A DNA stretch of 64,000 nt from Oopsacas minuta (taxonomy: Eukaryota; Animalia; Porifera): assembly GCA_024704765.1 (NCBI GenBank), contig JAKMXF010000199.1, positions 124,001 to 188,000 on the forward strand, given 5' to 3'. Under the pieces are notes generated by a model. That model saw only the letters and a list, made by a program, of their open reading frames with translations, had not been told where the DNA came from and made no database searches. The translations under genes and the position numbers were made by a program. Positions 36,462 to 49,570 of this stretch are shown one piece after another. Every line of letters begins with the position of its first letter. Positions within the stretch are counted from its first letter, which is position 1.

Positions 36462-37499
36462 TTATTATACTCACCCTGGAACTTTGGCCCGCTACAATAT
36501 ATTTGAATTTCCATGTTTCAAAATTATCACGGTTTATCGGAATAAATATACACTGGATCCAGTATATTTCATACCTCTTAATAGAATAGCCCTCTTATTA
36601 TCATAAAATGTTAATCCAAACCATTTTGGTTACTTATTATACAAGAGCCTTGGCTATTGTCTTATCACGGTATGTTATATCTCGTATATTGTCATAAAGA
36701 TTTAGTCACATTTGGTATCCTTCCCAGAGGATACAAGTATCTTATAATTTAACGGGAAATCTAGTTTGAAGGTTAATTATAGAAATCTTTCAAAAAAACA
36801 TGTGGAAATGCACTCTGTATAAGTGAACAGTGTGGAAAAATTGTTCGTAAATAGTGGACTACGTGTATGATGTATTACCATTTATTATTTGACACGTACC
36901 CAACACGTATATACATACCACGTATACGAATTAGATTCACAGATTGTCCCGGATATTGTCACATCCGCACCAGAAGAATTACATTAACCGGGAAACTTGT
37001 TCCCGGATTATGCATAAAACACTCATGCAAGGAGGTATGATGTTATGAAGGATCCCCTGTAGTACTTATTTGTAAAAATGCATTCCTCGATCCAACAAAG
37101 AAAATTTTTCTTCGAAATTTATGAAATGTTTTGCTTAGTAAGCAATCTTTGCACGTAAAAGGGGTCGTATTGATACCAAGGATGGCACTATAGGCATATT
37201 AAATACAAATCCATTATAGCACAAAAATTATGTTATCGCCAGATCAGTCCATCCATAGCCTACTCTGCTTAATGCCTAACAATAACTTGTGTATTTGGAC
37301 CAGGGATGCCTAAATCGAGAATAATTACACTCAACCACATTAGTTTTTGAATTTATACAAACCATACCCTTTTAACTTGGCATGCTTGATATATTTCAAA
37401 ATGATTATTTTTTGTGACTGTTATGTAATCACTTATCTTTTTATATTTATTCGTTCTTTTGCTTTAACTGTGATTTTCTTTACTATTACTAGTTTTCTT

Positions 37500-40400
37500 C
37501 ACATATTTCACTGAATGGAGACGGTATTTATCGGAAAATACTGCGAAGCACCTCAAGCTGAAAGAAGGTGGAGTGCCAGCTTTCCTACCAGGATTTCCAG
37601 CTTCTTATTTATCCCAGTCTGTTACTAAAACGTACCCGTCTCTCTCAAGAGTCCAAAGATGGTGAATTCCTCAATCAAGCTGTAGCGTTCAGTCTGAGAT
37701 CAGAGATAGAAGAAAATGAAAGGTTCTTGATCAAGAGTTTCCAGGTTTTACAAGCTTGGTTAACATTCCTTTCTATAGCTAAAATATGTTCATTATGGCA
37801 TCCAAATGTGCGTAATTAGATTTTTATGCGTCCTGTTATAGCTAAAACTAATATTATATTCGATACATACTTATTAGTAGAATTTGATTTAACTATTAAA
37901 TGTATCTGTACTGTATTAGAGATTTTATACTCTGGCCGGATATTGCTGGATATAGGATTAGAATCGGACATCCGGTACAGCTCTACTATTAAACCCTATC
38001 ATTAGAGTGAACTTTTTTTTAACCCAAATCTTGACCCTTAAAACACATTTTACATCTCCTGCTTGCTACAATTATCCTTGAGGAATGTCTTGCTTATCCC
38101 TTCCAAATTTTACTACATTGGCAAGATTGTATTACTCTTTCGGGCTTGAAAGTGAGGTTATCTCCTTCCTTAAGCAGGCCACCCAATCATTTTCATACAA
38201 CAAATGCTTGTTGTATTCAAATCTGACATATCTTATAGAAGAGGCATTATATATTGTTCTAATCTCAATCCAGATGATCTTACTAAAACTGTTTTCTAGT
38301 CTTTATAAGAAATGATCCAGCGTTGTTCGTCTATTTCCATGTGCTTCTATTACGGCAGAGAATATATTCGATGTTATCAAATCTCTTATTTGAAATATTG
38401 TAGATTGTGGTCTACTCGTTGATATAAACTCTACCGACAATTCCCGCTTAATGTTAACAATTCAGATTATTCTCTCCAATTGGTAAACTTGAGGGCAAAG
38501 TGCATAACCCCTGTGATATAAATAGGTGTCATTTCTTCCATTTCTCTTGGTACACATACTGAAACTATTCGCAATAACTGGTTAAGTAAAAATTCTGATA
38601 GCTAAGTATTTCCTATCCTGATTTCGATAGTATTTCCACTTATCGAAATGCTTTCCCCTTGAGTATGCTTCTTTTCATGATATCCGAAATCTAACACTTC
38701 CGTTTTTGTTAGACTTCTCCTCTCTCTGTGGGTAATCTTTAATTCAATATGTCGTCTAAATTTGGTCGTCTAAATGATCCGTTTTCTAAACCTTTGACGA
38801 AATCATGAGGTTCGCTTTACTTTTCTGACTCCCTTAAATTATTGGTTAGATGTTTAACAATCCCTTCCTGAGAAAGGCGGTAAGTTAAGTATGCAGACAC
38901 ACAGTGGCATAGTAGTAACGAATTAAGAACTTTTTCATAGTAATGCTTTCATTCCTTTATGGTTTCATTGTGTTTCTAAACATTCAAGTAGCATCCATTC
39001 CAAATTTCACATCTTTTGAGAGCCTATTAGTTATGTAAATATGAATCGAAACTTCGTGGTGTTTGATCCTGAAACTATCGTTTGGAGAATTCAAAATATA
39101 AAAGATTTTCAAATTGATTCCCATTCTTTATAAAATATATTAGCGATCTATTGTTTCATCTAGTCTAGACAATTTTGCATGCTGATTTCAAATTTTGTAT
39201 CAGAAATATTCTCAACTGTGTATTTTCATGTGAAGGATTGTTGTACCCAGGGTAAAAATGAATCCCATTTTTCCATGGATAAAATTTTGAAAGTGTCTGA
39301 AAAGAATATGCCAAGGAAGGTCAAGCAAAAATAATACCAGTTGTTGGTTACAGTTTATAGTATGTTATGTGAAGATGACAGGCCCCGAAACAGTGCGAAA
39401 TTTTGATTTTGGTCACATTTCATTGTCTGTAACCTTTGGTATGGAAATTCCTAAAGTGATATCTGTAACTATGCAATTGAATACCCGTCTAGTCCTAATT
39501 ATTCTTGGAAATTACTGCACAAAATTGAACATCTAAATGTGTATATATATACGTGTACTTATGTTTTCAATCATACACTATTTTCTCATAGATAATTTAT
39601 CCGTGATCAATGGCTGAAACAATTGTTCCGATGACTGCCCCCGAATCTCGTCTCGATTTAGCGAGAATCCTGGAAGCAAATGGCGATTGCTTCCAAACAA
39701 CTCTCTGTTATCATAGCGATCTCCATGGATTCGATCATGCGAAGCAGGCTAAATTTGAATTGATTCTACGTAGAATACGCGAAAAGTTTGGAACTTCAAA
39801 GAAATCACTTGAATCTTTTTGCATGCAGATTGGTGGAATTCTGAAATTTGCTCAGAATTATTTATAGCACAAGCCCCCAAAAAACTAAGTCGGTGCGTCT
39901 AAAGAAAGAACTTATCAATCTTTCATTGTAACATCAGCGTTCCGGCATCTCTAGTGTCCTTGAGTCTATCAGCAGCCCTTGCTTTGCAATTTTTGTGCAA
40001 TGAAGAAGACAATCGAGAAGCTGCAAGGATATCTAAATCAATTGTACAGGGAAAATTCTCTGGTCAATTCTGGCGAGCATCCAAAAGCAAAGAATTGGTT
40101 CTGGACAAGGCATTATTTCTTTTGGATCTACTAGAGATTGGCAAGAAGAAGTATACTCTACTGCGATAAATTTGTTTTCTAATTAAATTCAGAAATAATT
40201 TAGTACTACGAAGTATGATTGAACTATGCCCCGAATCCTACAGCCCCAGTTTGTGTGTGCGTGCCATATGCTCAATTTGTCTACCATATATTTTGTAGAA
40301 TTATGTCCACTCTACTGTCCCCTTCAAATGAGTATTTTCCTCTCCGATTTCAGATTGCTGATGGTTTAGATGGATCTGGAAAGCATATCGTATATAATCA

Positions 40401-41410
40401 ACCGAATACGAAATTTGAATGCACCAAATGATTCCTAGTATATGATAACCTATATGCTGATAATACATTATATATGTCCCTTTCAAATGAAAGTGCCCAT
40501 TCTTTACTACCTCTCATTTTAAGCCACTGTAAGGCATTTACGAGCTTCAAGCATGCATGTGTAGTGTTACCTCAAATTACCAACTACTTGTCAGAGAACT
40601 GCAGCTATTCTTATCTATCAACAACTTTCTTACAGACAGACCCATTGGAGAACCATTTTGGGCTATATCGTATGATGTCGGGTGTAATTATCACATCTCG
40701 CATATTCAGATCTTAGAATCTGAACGCCGCCTCGAAGTTTCCAACATTTTGAAATTATTTTTCAACCATACAGTTTTTAGCACTATTTCTTTACTGGATT
40801 TTTTCAATTTTTCTCATCTGCGAGTTGTGTAGAGTCAGATATTGAAGTCGATCTTGATATATTCTTGAGTGCAATATCAGATCTATCTGTCGTTGACTGT
40901 AGTACGCAGGTGCAACAATCATTAGCGTTTATTGCTGGGTATTCAACTCACCAATACCTGAAACGTAGTCAACCATGCAGAATATGTCGGGATATTTGTA
41001 CTATTAATAGAGATCTGCTTATGGATGAACTACTTATCTCAATTCATGCACTTATAACTCTCCAACCGCAGTGGTTTGAATTACCTTCTGAGTTAGTCCT
41101 CGAGTCAATCGTTATTGTTTGAAAATTTTCTTGATCATAGGGGATCTTAACGAACTAATGTCCATTTGAGGTGAAGGACCAGCCAGAACAATCCTTGTCG
41201 ATCTTACTTTAAACTCAATTATTGGTACGGAAGATTTAAATCTTGGCGGAATTCATGTTCTTATTGTACTGTTAGTGGTTGTCATATTCTTCATAGGCTC
41301 ATACATGTTGCTTCGTAATTGTTTTTGAACAAATATAAAGTTAAAAATGTAATTCATACATTATGTCCAAGATATGGAGAAGCGAAAATTGAAAAATTTC
41401 ACTAGTACTA
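37500..41410 (+). pseudogene. Decayed P-element (THAP9-like) transposase, interrupted by a Transib insertion
   Basis: KLKEGGVPAFLPGFP (THAP end), CLSLPNFTTL..SFGLESE, KSDISY, CGL..STDN, HIL..IRNNWL, WLDV*QSLPEKGGKLSMQT | FTSFKHAC (rejoins across the insertion), LQTDPLENHFGLYRMMSG, SLAFIAGY..CRIC, KRKLK. Confidence 0.85.
38900..40531 (+). mobile_element. Transib/RAG1-like DNA transposon, internally deleted
   Basis: Left end CACAGTGG, right end CCACTGTA (terminal G>A); 5-bp TSD AGACA/AGGCA; excision restores the host P-element frame. Protein remnant NREAARISKSIVQGKFSG...ALFLLDLLEIGKKKYTLLR...IADGLDGSGKHIVYNQ. Confidence 0.82.
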
Positions 41411-41787
41411 TATGTAATCATATATGTTACACGCAAATCGTGAAATTGCCCATTTCATGCATTGGGCAAACAAATTGCTCAATGGGTGAAATGGGCAATT
41501 GTATTTTCCATTTCATTGAATAGATATTTGGTTACTCATTTCATGTAATGGTCTTTCAAATTATTGCACACTTCATGAAATGTGCAATGCTGTTGTCTTA
41601 GTAACATGTTATTCATAAATGATCAATTTTCAACACCAATTATGATTACACTCTTCCTTATTGAATATAATGTTGTCCTAATAACACGTAGTTATGAGTG
41701 CATATCAAAGCATTCCTCATTTATAAATGATCTCAATTCGGGAACATCAATGCTTTCGTTTTTCTTTTTGGTGAATTAATCATAGAT

Positions 41788-43597
41788 ATGGAGGAGATAG
41801 TAGCAGAAAATCAAACTCTATGGGATAAGAATTATGAAAAATACGTCATCGATGTCTTGAGACGTGGAAAAACGGGAAAATCTCTTCCAAGAGAATGTTA
41901 CAATATATTGAATGTTTATTCCTTAGTATCTATTGGATCTGTTGCTAAGGTTACTAAACGGAATGGAAAATACATGGCAACAAAAGAGGAAGTTATTAAT
42001 ATAATATTTTCTATGCATATCGCAACAGGCCATGGAGGTGAAAAGAAAACTCACAAATGATACAAGATAAATTTGCCAATATCCCGCGTTACCTTGTCCA
42101 GGAATATATAAAACGTTGCGAAAGATATGCAGAGAAGAGAGCAAGACGAGAGACTGCTTCTGGCGTAGTTATACGTCCTCTAACAGTGAAAGACTTAAAT
42201 GAACGTGGCCAGGTAGATCTTGTTAATATGCAAACAATCCAAGATGATAATTTCAGATTTATATTACATTACATGGAATATCTAACAAAATTCCATGTTA
42301 TTCGTCCTCTACAAAGAAAAACAGCTACAGAAGTTGCAAATCAATTGCTTTTGATTTTCCTAGACTTTGGTGCACCAAATATCTTACAATCAGATAATGG
42401 TCGCGAATTTACGGGACAAGTGATACAAGAACATTCAATTCTTTGGCCAGAATTTTTCTTGTGAATGGACGTTCACGTCATCCCCCAAGTCAAGGATCAG
42501 TCGAGCGGAGCAACGGTGACATGAAGACTCAATTGATGGCTTGGATGCGAGATAATAATACATCCAAATGGAGCTATGGGATCCGTTTTGTGCAATGGTC
42601 TATGGACACTTCATATCATGAAGCAATAGGAATGGAATCATATAAAGCAATGACTGGTATCAGACCACGTTGTGGATTGAAAAGTATTCTACCAACAGAT
42701 TTTCTCGATAAAATATTTACAGGTATATTGGAGGAAGATCTTGAAATTCAAATCTGTGAAGTTGAAAACGGAGATGCTAATTCTAATAATCCAGATACTA
42801 TAGTTTCACCTGGTAATGACAATCCTGATGCTGAAAGTAATCATCTACCCCCCTCAATGGCAGAATCTTCACTGGACAATGGAAGAACTCATGTACTCCC
42901 AAGGGCAGAATCTTCACTGGACAATGAGAGAACTCATCTACTCCCTCTGGCAGAATCTTCGCTGGAGAATGAAAGTACTCATATATTTCCATGTACCACA
43001 ACTCCACTAGGTAATAACAGTACTGAAGAGATTCTTAGTGATTTAATACGAGGAAAAGATCCAGAATTGCATCATACAAATGTTTCTAATTCTCTACTCT
43101 CGAACTTTAGAGGAAATGATAGCCATCCGGCAAGACGTGCACGAATAGAAGCTTGCAAAGGTATCCAAAAACAAGCCAAAAAAATGATTGCACGCAGTAT
43201 TCGCACCCTGCGTCCTCTTCGTATCGGTGATAGTGTTGCTGTGCCTGTATCCCAGTTTGATCGAAGCAAAGGTGATCCACCAAATATAAGTGGGATTGTT
43301 TTGGAATTTGATCAGAGAGGTTATCAAATAGGAACTAGAACTGCAAAAATAAGAGGCCGATTTGCAAGAAATCAAGTTGAATTTATTAAATTTACTGGAC
43401 TGAATTCGGAACACATACCAGATGAAGAATTATCGATTCGCGAAATTGTTCGAGCACAGAGCATATGTGGTGGTCCGGGATTTCGCAGATGTCATTGCAA
43501 AAGCAATTGTTTAACAAAACGTTGCTCTTGTTTAAAGGCAGGGCTAATATGCAACAGTGCTTGTCATGGGAAAGGATCATGTGACAACATAGATTAG
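41788..43597 (+). pseudogene. KRBA2/SCAND3-like integrase-transposase with two frameshifts and a C-terminal Cys-rich domain
   Basis: HIATGHGG, RGQVDL (D), ILQSDNGREF (D), RHPPSQGSVERSN (E), tail CHCKSNCLTKRCSCLKAGLICNSACH. Frame breaks near 42057 and 42455. Confidence 0.88.
42860..42994 (+). repeat. Three in-frame 45-bp (15-aa) tandem repeats inside the Ginger ORF
   Basis: AESSLDNGRTHVLPR / AESSLDNERTHLLPL / AESSLENESTHIFPC starting at 42860, 42905 and 42950. Confidence 0.9.
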
Positions 43598-46297
43598 TAC
43601 GTATTGAAAACAGACAGACTAAGTTGTTTTCTCAAGTTATTTCCTAAATATTTTCTCACTTCTCATTCATATAATTTGTTTTCTCATCATGTTTCCTCAT
43701 AGAATTATAAGTACATATTCTCGAAAATCTTTAGGTAAACAGCATTGCACATTTCATGAAGTGTGCAATAATTTGAAAGACCATTACGTGAAATGAGTAA
43801 CCAAATATCTATTCAATGAAATGGACAATACATTGCCCATTTCACCCATTGAGCAATTTGTTTGCCCAATGCATGAAATGGGCAATTTCACGATTTGCGT
43901 GTAACATATATATATATATATATATATTGTCTATACATTATATCCTAATTTTCTGATATTCCTGTTTATTCTTTAGATACAGCTTAATTGGATATGAAGT
44001 ATAAGAATGATGCTCAGACTGCTAGTCCACATAAAGATGTCCAGAAGACTCTCGTTAAAACGAACGCTAATGGACCTGTCTCTTATCCGCTATAGTATTG
44101 AGCGAAGTGATATTCTTTGAAAAACTTGAAGTGAACTAGAAAATGACTGAAATGTGTTCGAATAATCCGGTGTTTCAAATTCCCCTTGTTTCGTCTCACC
44201 GAAAGCCCTTTATTGTTGGAATTTTACTGAAGTTACATTGTTTTTCAAAAATGCAAAATGTGTATTGATTGTCTTCATAATATATTATATTATTTTCTCT
44301 CAATAATTCGTACTTTGTTGTTAATTCTATCCTGAAAGTATATTCATGATCGCTAAAGATGATTTATATTTGCATAACAAGAGTAGAATCCAAAACTTGG
44401 CTATGAAAGTGTTTAGAAACTAGTTTAAAATTTTTATGGTTACCTCGACCTACGTATCCTTGGTCCAAAATCCGAAAGTTACTGTTAGGCCTTATATATA
44501 GCGTTTCCCACAGTATATTTGAAAAGCGCCCCTTTGTGGAATTGAGGGGGCCTCTGTTGCTTAAACACATATTAAACCCAATGCACTGAGTCTTCATTTT
44601 AACGTGGCTAGATATTCTAAGCGCGTCATTCAACGGGGAAAGCCCGTTGATTGACTCGCTTACCACGCTTTGGGAGAATCACTGATGTGGAGAGGTTTGG
44701 TCCATCCAATGCCTGGTATATACCTACTATCCATACTTTTTAAAATGATACCTCTAGTCACTATGACGTGATTCAGTAGTCTTCAAACTTTTCCCAGATG
44801 AACTTTATGTGTACCCCAAAGCCCCAATAGTCAATTTGCCCAGAAAAGTAGTCGGAGCCGATACTCAACCTTCATCCAATGGGAAAGTGATATAATAGAT
44901 GCATATTGGATTATTGGTATTCAATATGAAGTTGACATGAAAATTGCTATTCAGTGCTAGCGTTGAATGGATATATTGGAGCACAGGATATCTTAATAGG
45001 ACATTTATTAAAACCTTTCTTTTCGCTAGCAAATATTCTACTATATGTTGGCGGCTATTTTGTACATTATTACATATTAGTCAAGTCACTTCTACTGTTA
45101 ATTTTATATACGCTAGCCCATTTTACTAGCTTAATTGTTTAAAGGTATATCTAGAAACAAGGTATACTTATTGTCACGGTGTATCTGGAGACGATTTATT
45201 TTGTTGAGGATGACCTTTAATGATATGCTACAAAGGAGGCCCTCCTTGTTGCCACAGTGCATATATTCTTTACATTTTGTACGCTATAGAAATGTGCTTA
45301 TTTTCTAAAGAATGACAATTTAATACTCTCTTTTCCTGTATTATCTTCCGGGCTCTTATTCTTTTCTTTGCCATTTTTTGCATAGTTTTTTACAATTTTT
45401 GAAAATACCTATTTTTTTGGGAAACAAATGTTTTCTGTTGGTTGCCATATATTCACATTCTCTAAGTCTTGGGGCCATTTCAAGCCCTTTTCTTTTTCAG
45501 GGAATTGGCTAAACTCAAATACTAAGTCTTTAAGTTTCTTGGAAGGTGAAATTGAGAAAACCAATACTGAAATTCAACCTAGATTGAAATGGAGTCTCTT
45601 ACAAAATACGTGTATGTTGATTCAGATGAGAAAATTATGAAAGTTTGTTTAATGGAATGATACCGTGATATTATAATCCAACTCCCAAAATTATTTAAAT
45701 GTAATTCATGGTGCTTGATGAAAAGTGGCGGGGACCGCATCCCCGCCAATTAGCTAATTCTATTCTTATACCAACAGTTGATTCATATTTTGAATGATAT
45801 TTTGACTAATACAAAATTTAATGTTATGTGGGCCAATTCAATGTACGTATGAAGGGCCTCAACTCTGGTTAGCAGAAAATGCATAACATTAGTTAGTCAA
45901 ATATCTTTTTGCAGCAAGCCTAACTGTGTAAATTTTAACGAAGGTAATTACAATCCTTACTTAGTCTCATTGTAAATAAAAAGTTTCTTCCAGAGAAAGC
46001 TCACTTTTACTAGATATGGCAATATAACATTGATTTGAATTTATAGGAAATTTATGTTTGGATAAAAATCTGTTTAATGGATGCTAAGAGATATAACATA
46101 TTTGTTTCGGACTCTTTCCCGACCAAAGCCGGCATACCCTCATGTGAAGCCTTATATACCTCAGTTTTAAGACCACTTAATTATACAAAGTCTTGTCAAA
46201 ATGTATCAAAAGTATATGGAAGTCAGGCATATACTGGATAACTTTGCATTTTATGTTATGATGAATTTGTATTTGATATTCCATCCATGGTTACTCA

Positions 46298-46590
46298 ATG
46301 TATGTATGTATGTATGTATGTATGTATGTATGTATGTATGTATGTATGTATGTATGTATGTATGTATGTATGTATGTATGTATGTATGTATGTATGTATG
46401 TATGTATGTATGTATGTATGTATGTATGTATGTATGTATGTATGTATGTATGTATGTATGTATGTATGTATGTATGTATGTATGTATGTATGTATGTATG
46501 TATGTATGTATGTATGTATGTATGTATGTATGTATGTATGTATGTATGTATGTATGTATGTATGCATGTATGTATGTATGTATGTATGTA
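46298..46590. repeat. (ATGT)n microsatellite, ~73 units
   Basis: Nearly perfect tetranucleotide run with one variant at 46565. Confidence 0.99.
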
Positions 46591-46612
46591 CATATGTTTG
46601 TAATACAAATTT

Positions 46613-46992
46613 CAGGGCTGTATAAGCTCCTTTTGAGTTTGCAAATTAACTCTTTTCTTGAATGAATTGAATGAATTGGTTGTGATCAATTTGATGGGTT
46701 GATCGTTGAATGAGTTGACAACGCAAATCGGGCCTGGAGGTATGAAAAGTAGGTATATTATCTGTTCCAAGAATTGGGATAATCTAGAGAATTGATGTAA
46801 CCATGTATTTTCATTATTTCAAGTAAACTCTTTGTTAAAACAATGATTTGGTAAAATCAACTCAGTATTTTGAATGAGTTGACTTAGTTGATTGTGACAA
46901 AATGAATGAGTTGAATGAGTTGGTGAAAGAAAAGTGAAGTTGGTAGACAAAAAATGATTTTTGGAAACTCAAAATGAGTTGATATAGCCCTG
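46613..46992. mobile_element. MITE with ~32-bp imperfect TIRs (CAGGGCT...)
   Basis: cagggctgtataagctccttttgagtttgcaaa vs reverse complement of the right end cagggctatatcaactcattttgagtttccaaa; internal GAATGAGTTG repeats; AATTT on both flanks. Confidence 0.75.
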
Positions 46993-48196
46993 AATTTATA
47001 ATACATCTATGTCCGTAATTGATTGAAGAAACTGGAATACCCCGGCTGATTTTGGGATACAGTGCTATTTTGGCCTGGCTCGGACAACCTCGAGTCTTGG
47101 ACGAAATTCAAACATATGACGAAATTACGACGCCATTGTAACCCTTTTGAATTTAGAAAAATCCCATTATTAGCCACTGCTCAGACAATATAAATGATAA
47201 ATGATTGAAATTTGAATCACCGGTACCCCACAATATGCCAAATGTCCTGAATTGATCACTTTGAACAATTAAACACTCATCATGAAAGTATTACGTCATC
47301 ATAACTGTACAAAAATTTTATATTTCGAGAAGTTTTCGAACTTCTTGGTACTAATTGCCGAGATTAATAGCAAATCCACGTGAGAACTCTAGTATTACGA
47401 CAGAAGGCAATTCATTGGAATTTTCATCGACCATCGATGAAAAAAATTAAATTGCCGCAGCCATTAACCTCGAGGCACTTCATGCTTGTATATCCCGTCG
47501 CGTTGCGATCCTTAAGCACTGACGAATGTAGCTGTTTCATACTTGCGCTAAGGTAAGGGATAAAGCAAGGATAATTCGGCCCCTTAGAATTTGAAATTTT
47601 GCCAAACATTGATGATGTTGTAACTTATAATTGTTTAGATTTAGTTGAATTTTCTTTTATTCATTCTGTACACCTTAATCTAGAGTTTTCTAACTGTTGG
47701 TAAATTACCCCACGGAGTTAATATGGCACTTGTAGAGGGTACTGGATAAGTCCTGATATTTTCAATATAGTGGGCATTTATGTAATTGTATGGCATCACC
47801 AGAATGCTCTTGATATTTGACAGATTCCTTAAATCTTAAGCATAAATTAGTTGAAATTTTGATGTTCTAATTATGTAGTGCATTTTTAGAAAATATTGAA
47901 CTCTTTATGCTATTTTCTACTCGAGTTCTACAGAGTTGTCATTAGTTATAACTCAATTTTTGGAGAGTGGCAACACATAGGAAGGTCACGAAACTTCCAG
48001 GCAACTCCCAGGGTCAAGATCCAACGATAATGCCATGAAACACCATCACTGTTATATTCTTATAGTGACTTAGAAATGCTGATAATTCGCACTAATGAAG
48101 CTTCCCCACTGAAGCTCGATTCGAACTTGTTACAATAGACTAAAAATTGATCTGAACTTGTTACAATTCAGAAAATTCCAGTTAATGACAACCTTT

Positions 48197-48307
48197 AAAT
48201 TCGAACTAAAGCAGCGCCCCCTATGTTTAGTAGGCTATTCACTAATTTTCTGTATGAGTAATTTGATACACATAGATAGACAACATGGGGCGCTTTATTT
48301 CGAATTT
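48197..48307. repeat. Small MITE-like inverted repeat
   Basis: aaattcgaactaaagcagcgccccctatgtt vs reverse complement of the right arm aaattcgaaataaagcgccccatgtt. Confidence 0.6.
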
Positions 48308-48479
48308 GTATGTTAGCAATAGTTCAAATTTCTGATTTTGGGTCGAAAGTGAGATATTTGCATTATTTTGGATTAATTCTGATTTGGCATTATTTCGAAT
48401 AAATTTGATTTTAGCCCATGTAAAGCAATGTCCTTGTTGCTCATCCCCGCCTGGACAGATGTTATTTGTAATTTTCCAA

Positions 48480-48790
48480 ATTTATTGATAATCCTTTCAT
48501 CACAGAATGTGCAATCGACGTTTTATTACTTGTATAGTTGAAAAATTCAATATTTTCCGCCCATAAAGTATGTGATGGCATAATCGAAGGGTTACCATAT
48601 TTTACATATTTACTAGCCCTTACCAAATATATACCATCCGCAGTCCCAGTATCTGAAGATTTCTGATTGAGGAACTAGTAATATTTTTACATGGCCTTAC
48701 ATAGAATCCCTAAAATCGACATTGTTTCGATACATAGTATATTCGTATGTATTCCATCCAATGAAGCAATTATGTGTGGTTTTAACGTTT
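48480..48790 (-). pseudogene. Possible PIF/Harbinger nuclease remnant
   Basis: PHIIASLDGIHTNI resembles FPNxIGAIDGTHIxI; downstream FFNY.. Heavily decayed. Confidence 0.35.
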
Positions 48791-49389
48791 AGGTGGAGTT
48801 GCTTGTACTGATAATGATATGGACACTAATACTTATATCCAATTTTGCAAAGTTTTAATAAATAATGATATTTCTTCGTCAATAAATGTCTGTTGTCACT
48901 TCAAATAAATAAGGATTAATATTTATTACAAATTATCGTATGGAGTATACTTTGGATCAATATCAGCCTAAAGTCGTGCAGATATTACTAGCTCGGATGT
49001 ATGTATATACTTTTTCATAAACTAAAACGATATACATTGCCTGATTTGTACTTTTCAAGAATTGATGTAAGGTTGCTAAATTTAAAATAGAAGTTGATCT
49101 AATTTATCATAAATCAGAGAATTAACTAAATATTGGAGAATATAATGCCAGAGTACATAAAATTATGACAAAAATATAGAGAAGAGCTATGACTTTTAGG
49201 GATATTCTTTCAATGGTCAGACCCTGAATGTTGATTAGTTACATTCTTAGAATGCTAATCTTCTATGTTTCGGGAAAGAAAATCATTCTGTAAACATTTC
49301 CCAGCAGGTCCCTAAGCAATCTTATCACTTATGGGCCCTATTTTATTCGATTGGATTTCATACTCTTCCTTTGATTCACTGCCCACATA

Positions 49390-49570
49390 CTAATAAAGAC
49401 GAAGAAATTTATTCACTGTTACTTTTATGATCAAGGCTCTAATTCCACAGCTACATCCAACTTCCACGATGTCAGATTGTCAATAGGAGCTCGAAATGCA
49501 TTTCAAAATGTATATCCTGGAGCTAGAATCTATGGATGTTGGCTTCATTATACCCTAGCTTTATGGAAAA
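49390..49570 (+). pseudogene. MULE transposase fragment
   Basis: MSDCQ*GARNAFQNVYPGARIYGCWLHYTLALWK matches MSDFExAxxNA...FP.A...GCxFHFxQA.W. Confidence 0.7.

Larger units (their letters stand above)
41425..43906 (+). mobile_element. Ginger-type (Gypsy-integrase-like) DNA transposon, full length
   Basis: TGT...ACA termini, ~170-bp near-identical TIRs (41425-41594 / 43738-43906), 4-bp TSD TATA within a (TA)n tract. Confidence 0.9.

Noticed and set aside
38900-40531. RAG2-like partner gene
   Set aside because: No suitable ORF or kelch-like motif on either strand; the element is too short.
46201-46665. ORFs with MYVC / HTYI repeats
   Set aside because: Translation artefacts of the (ATGT)n microsatellite.
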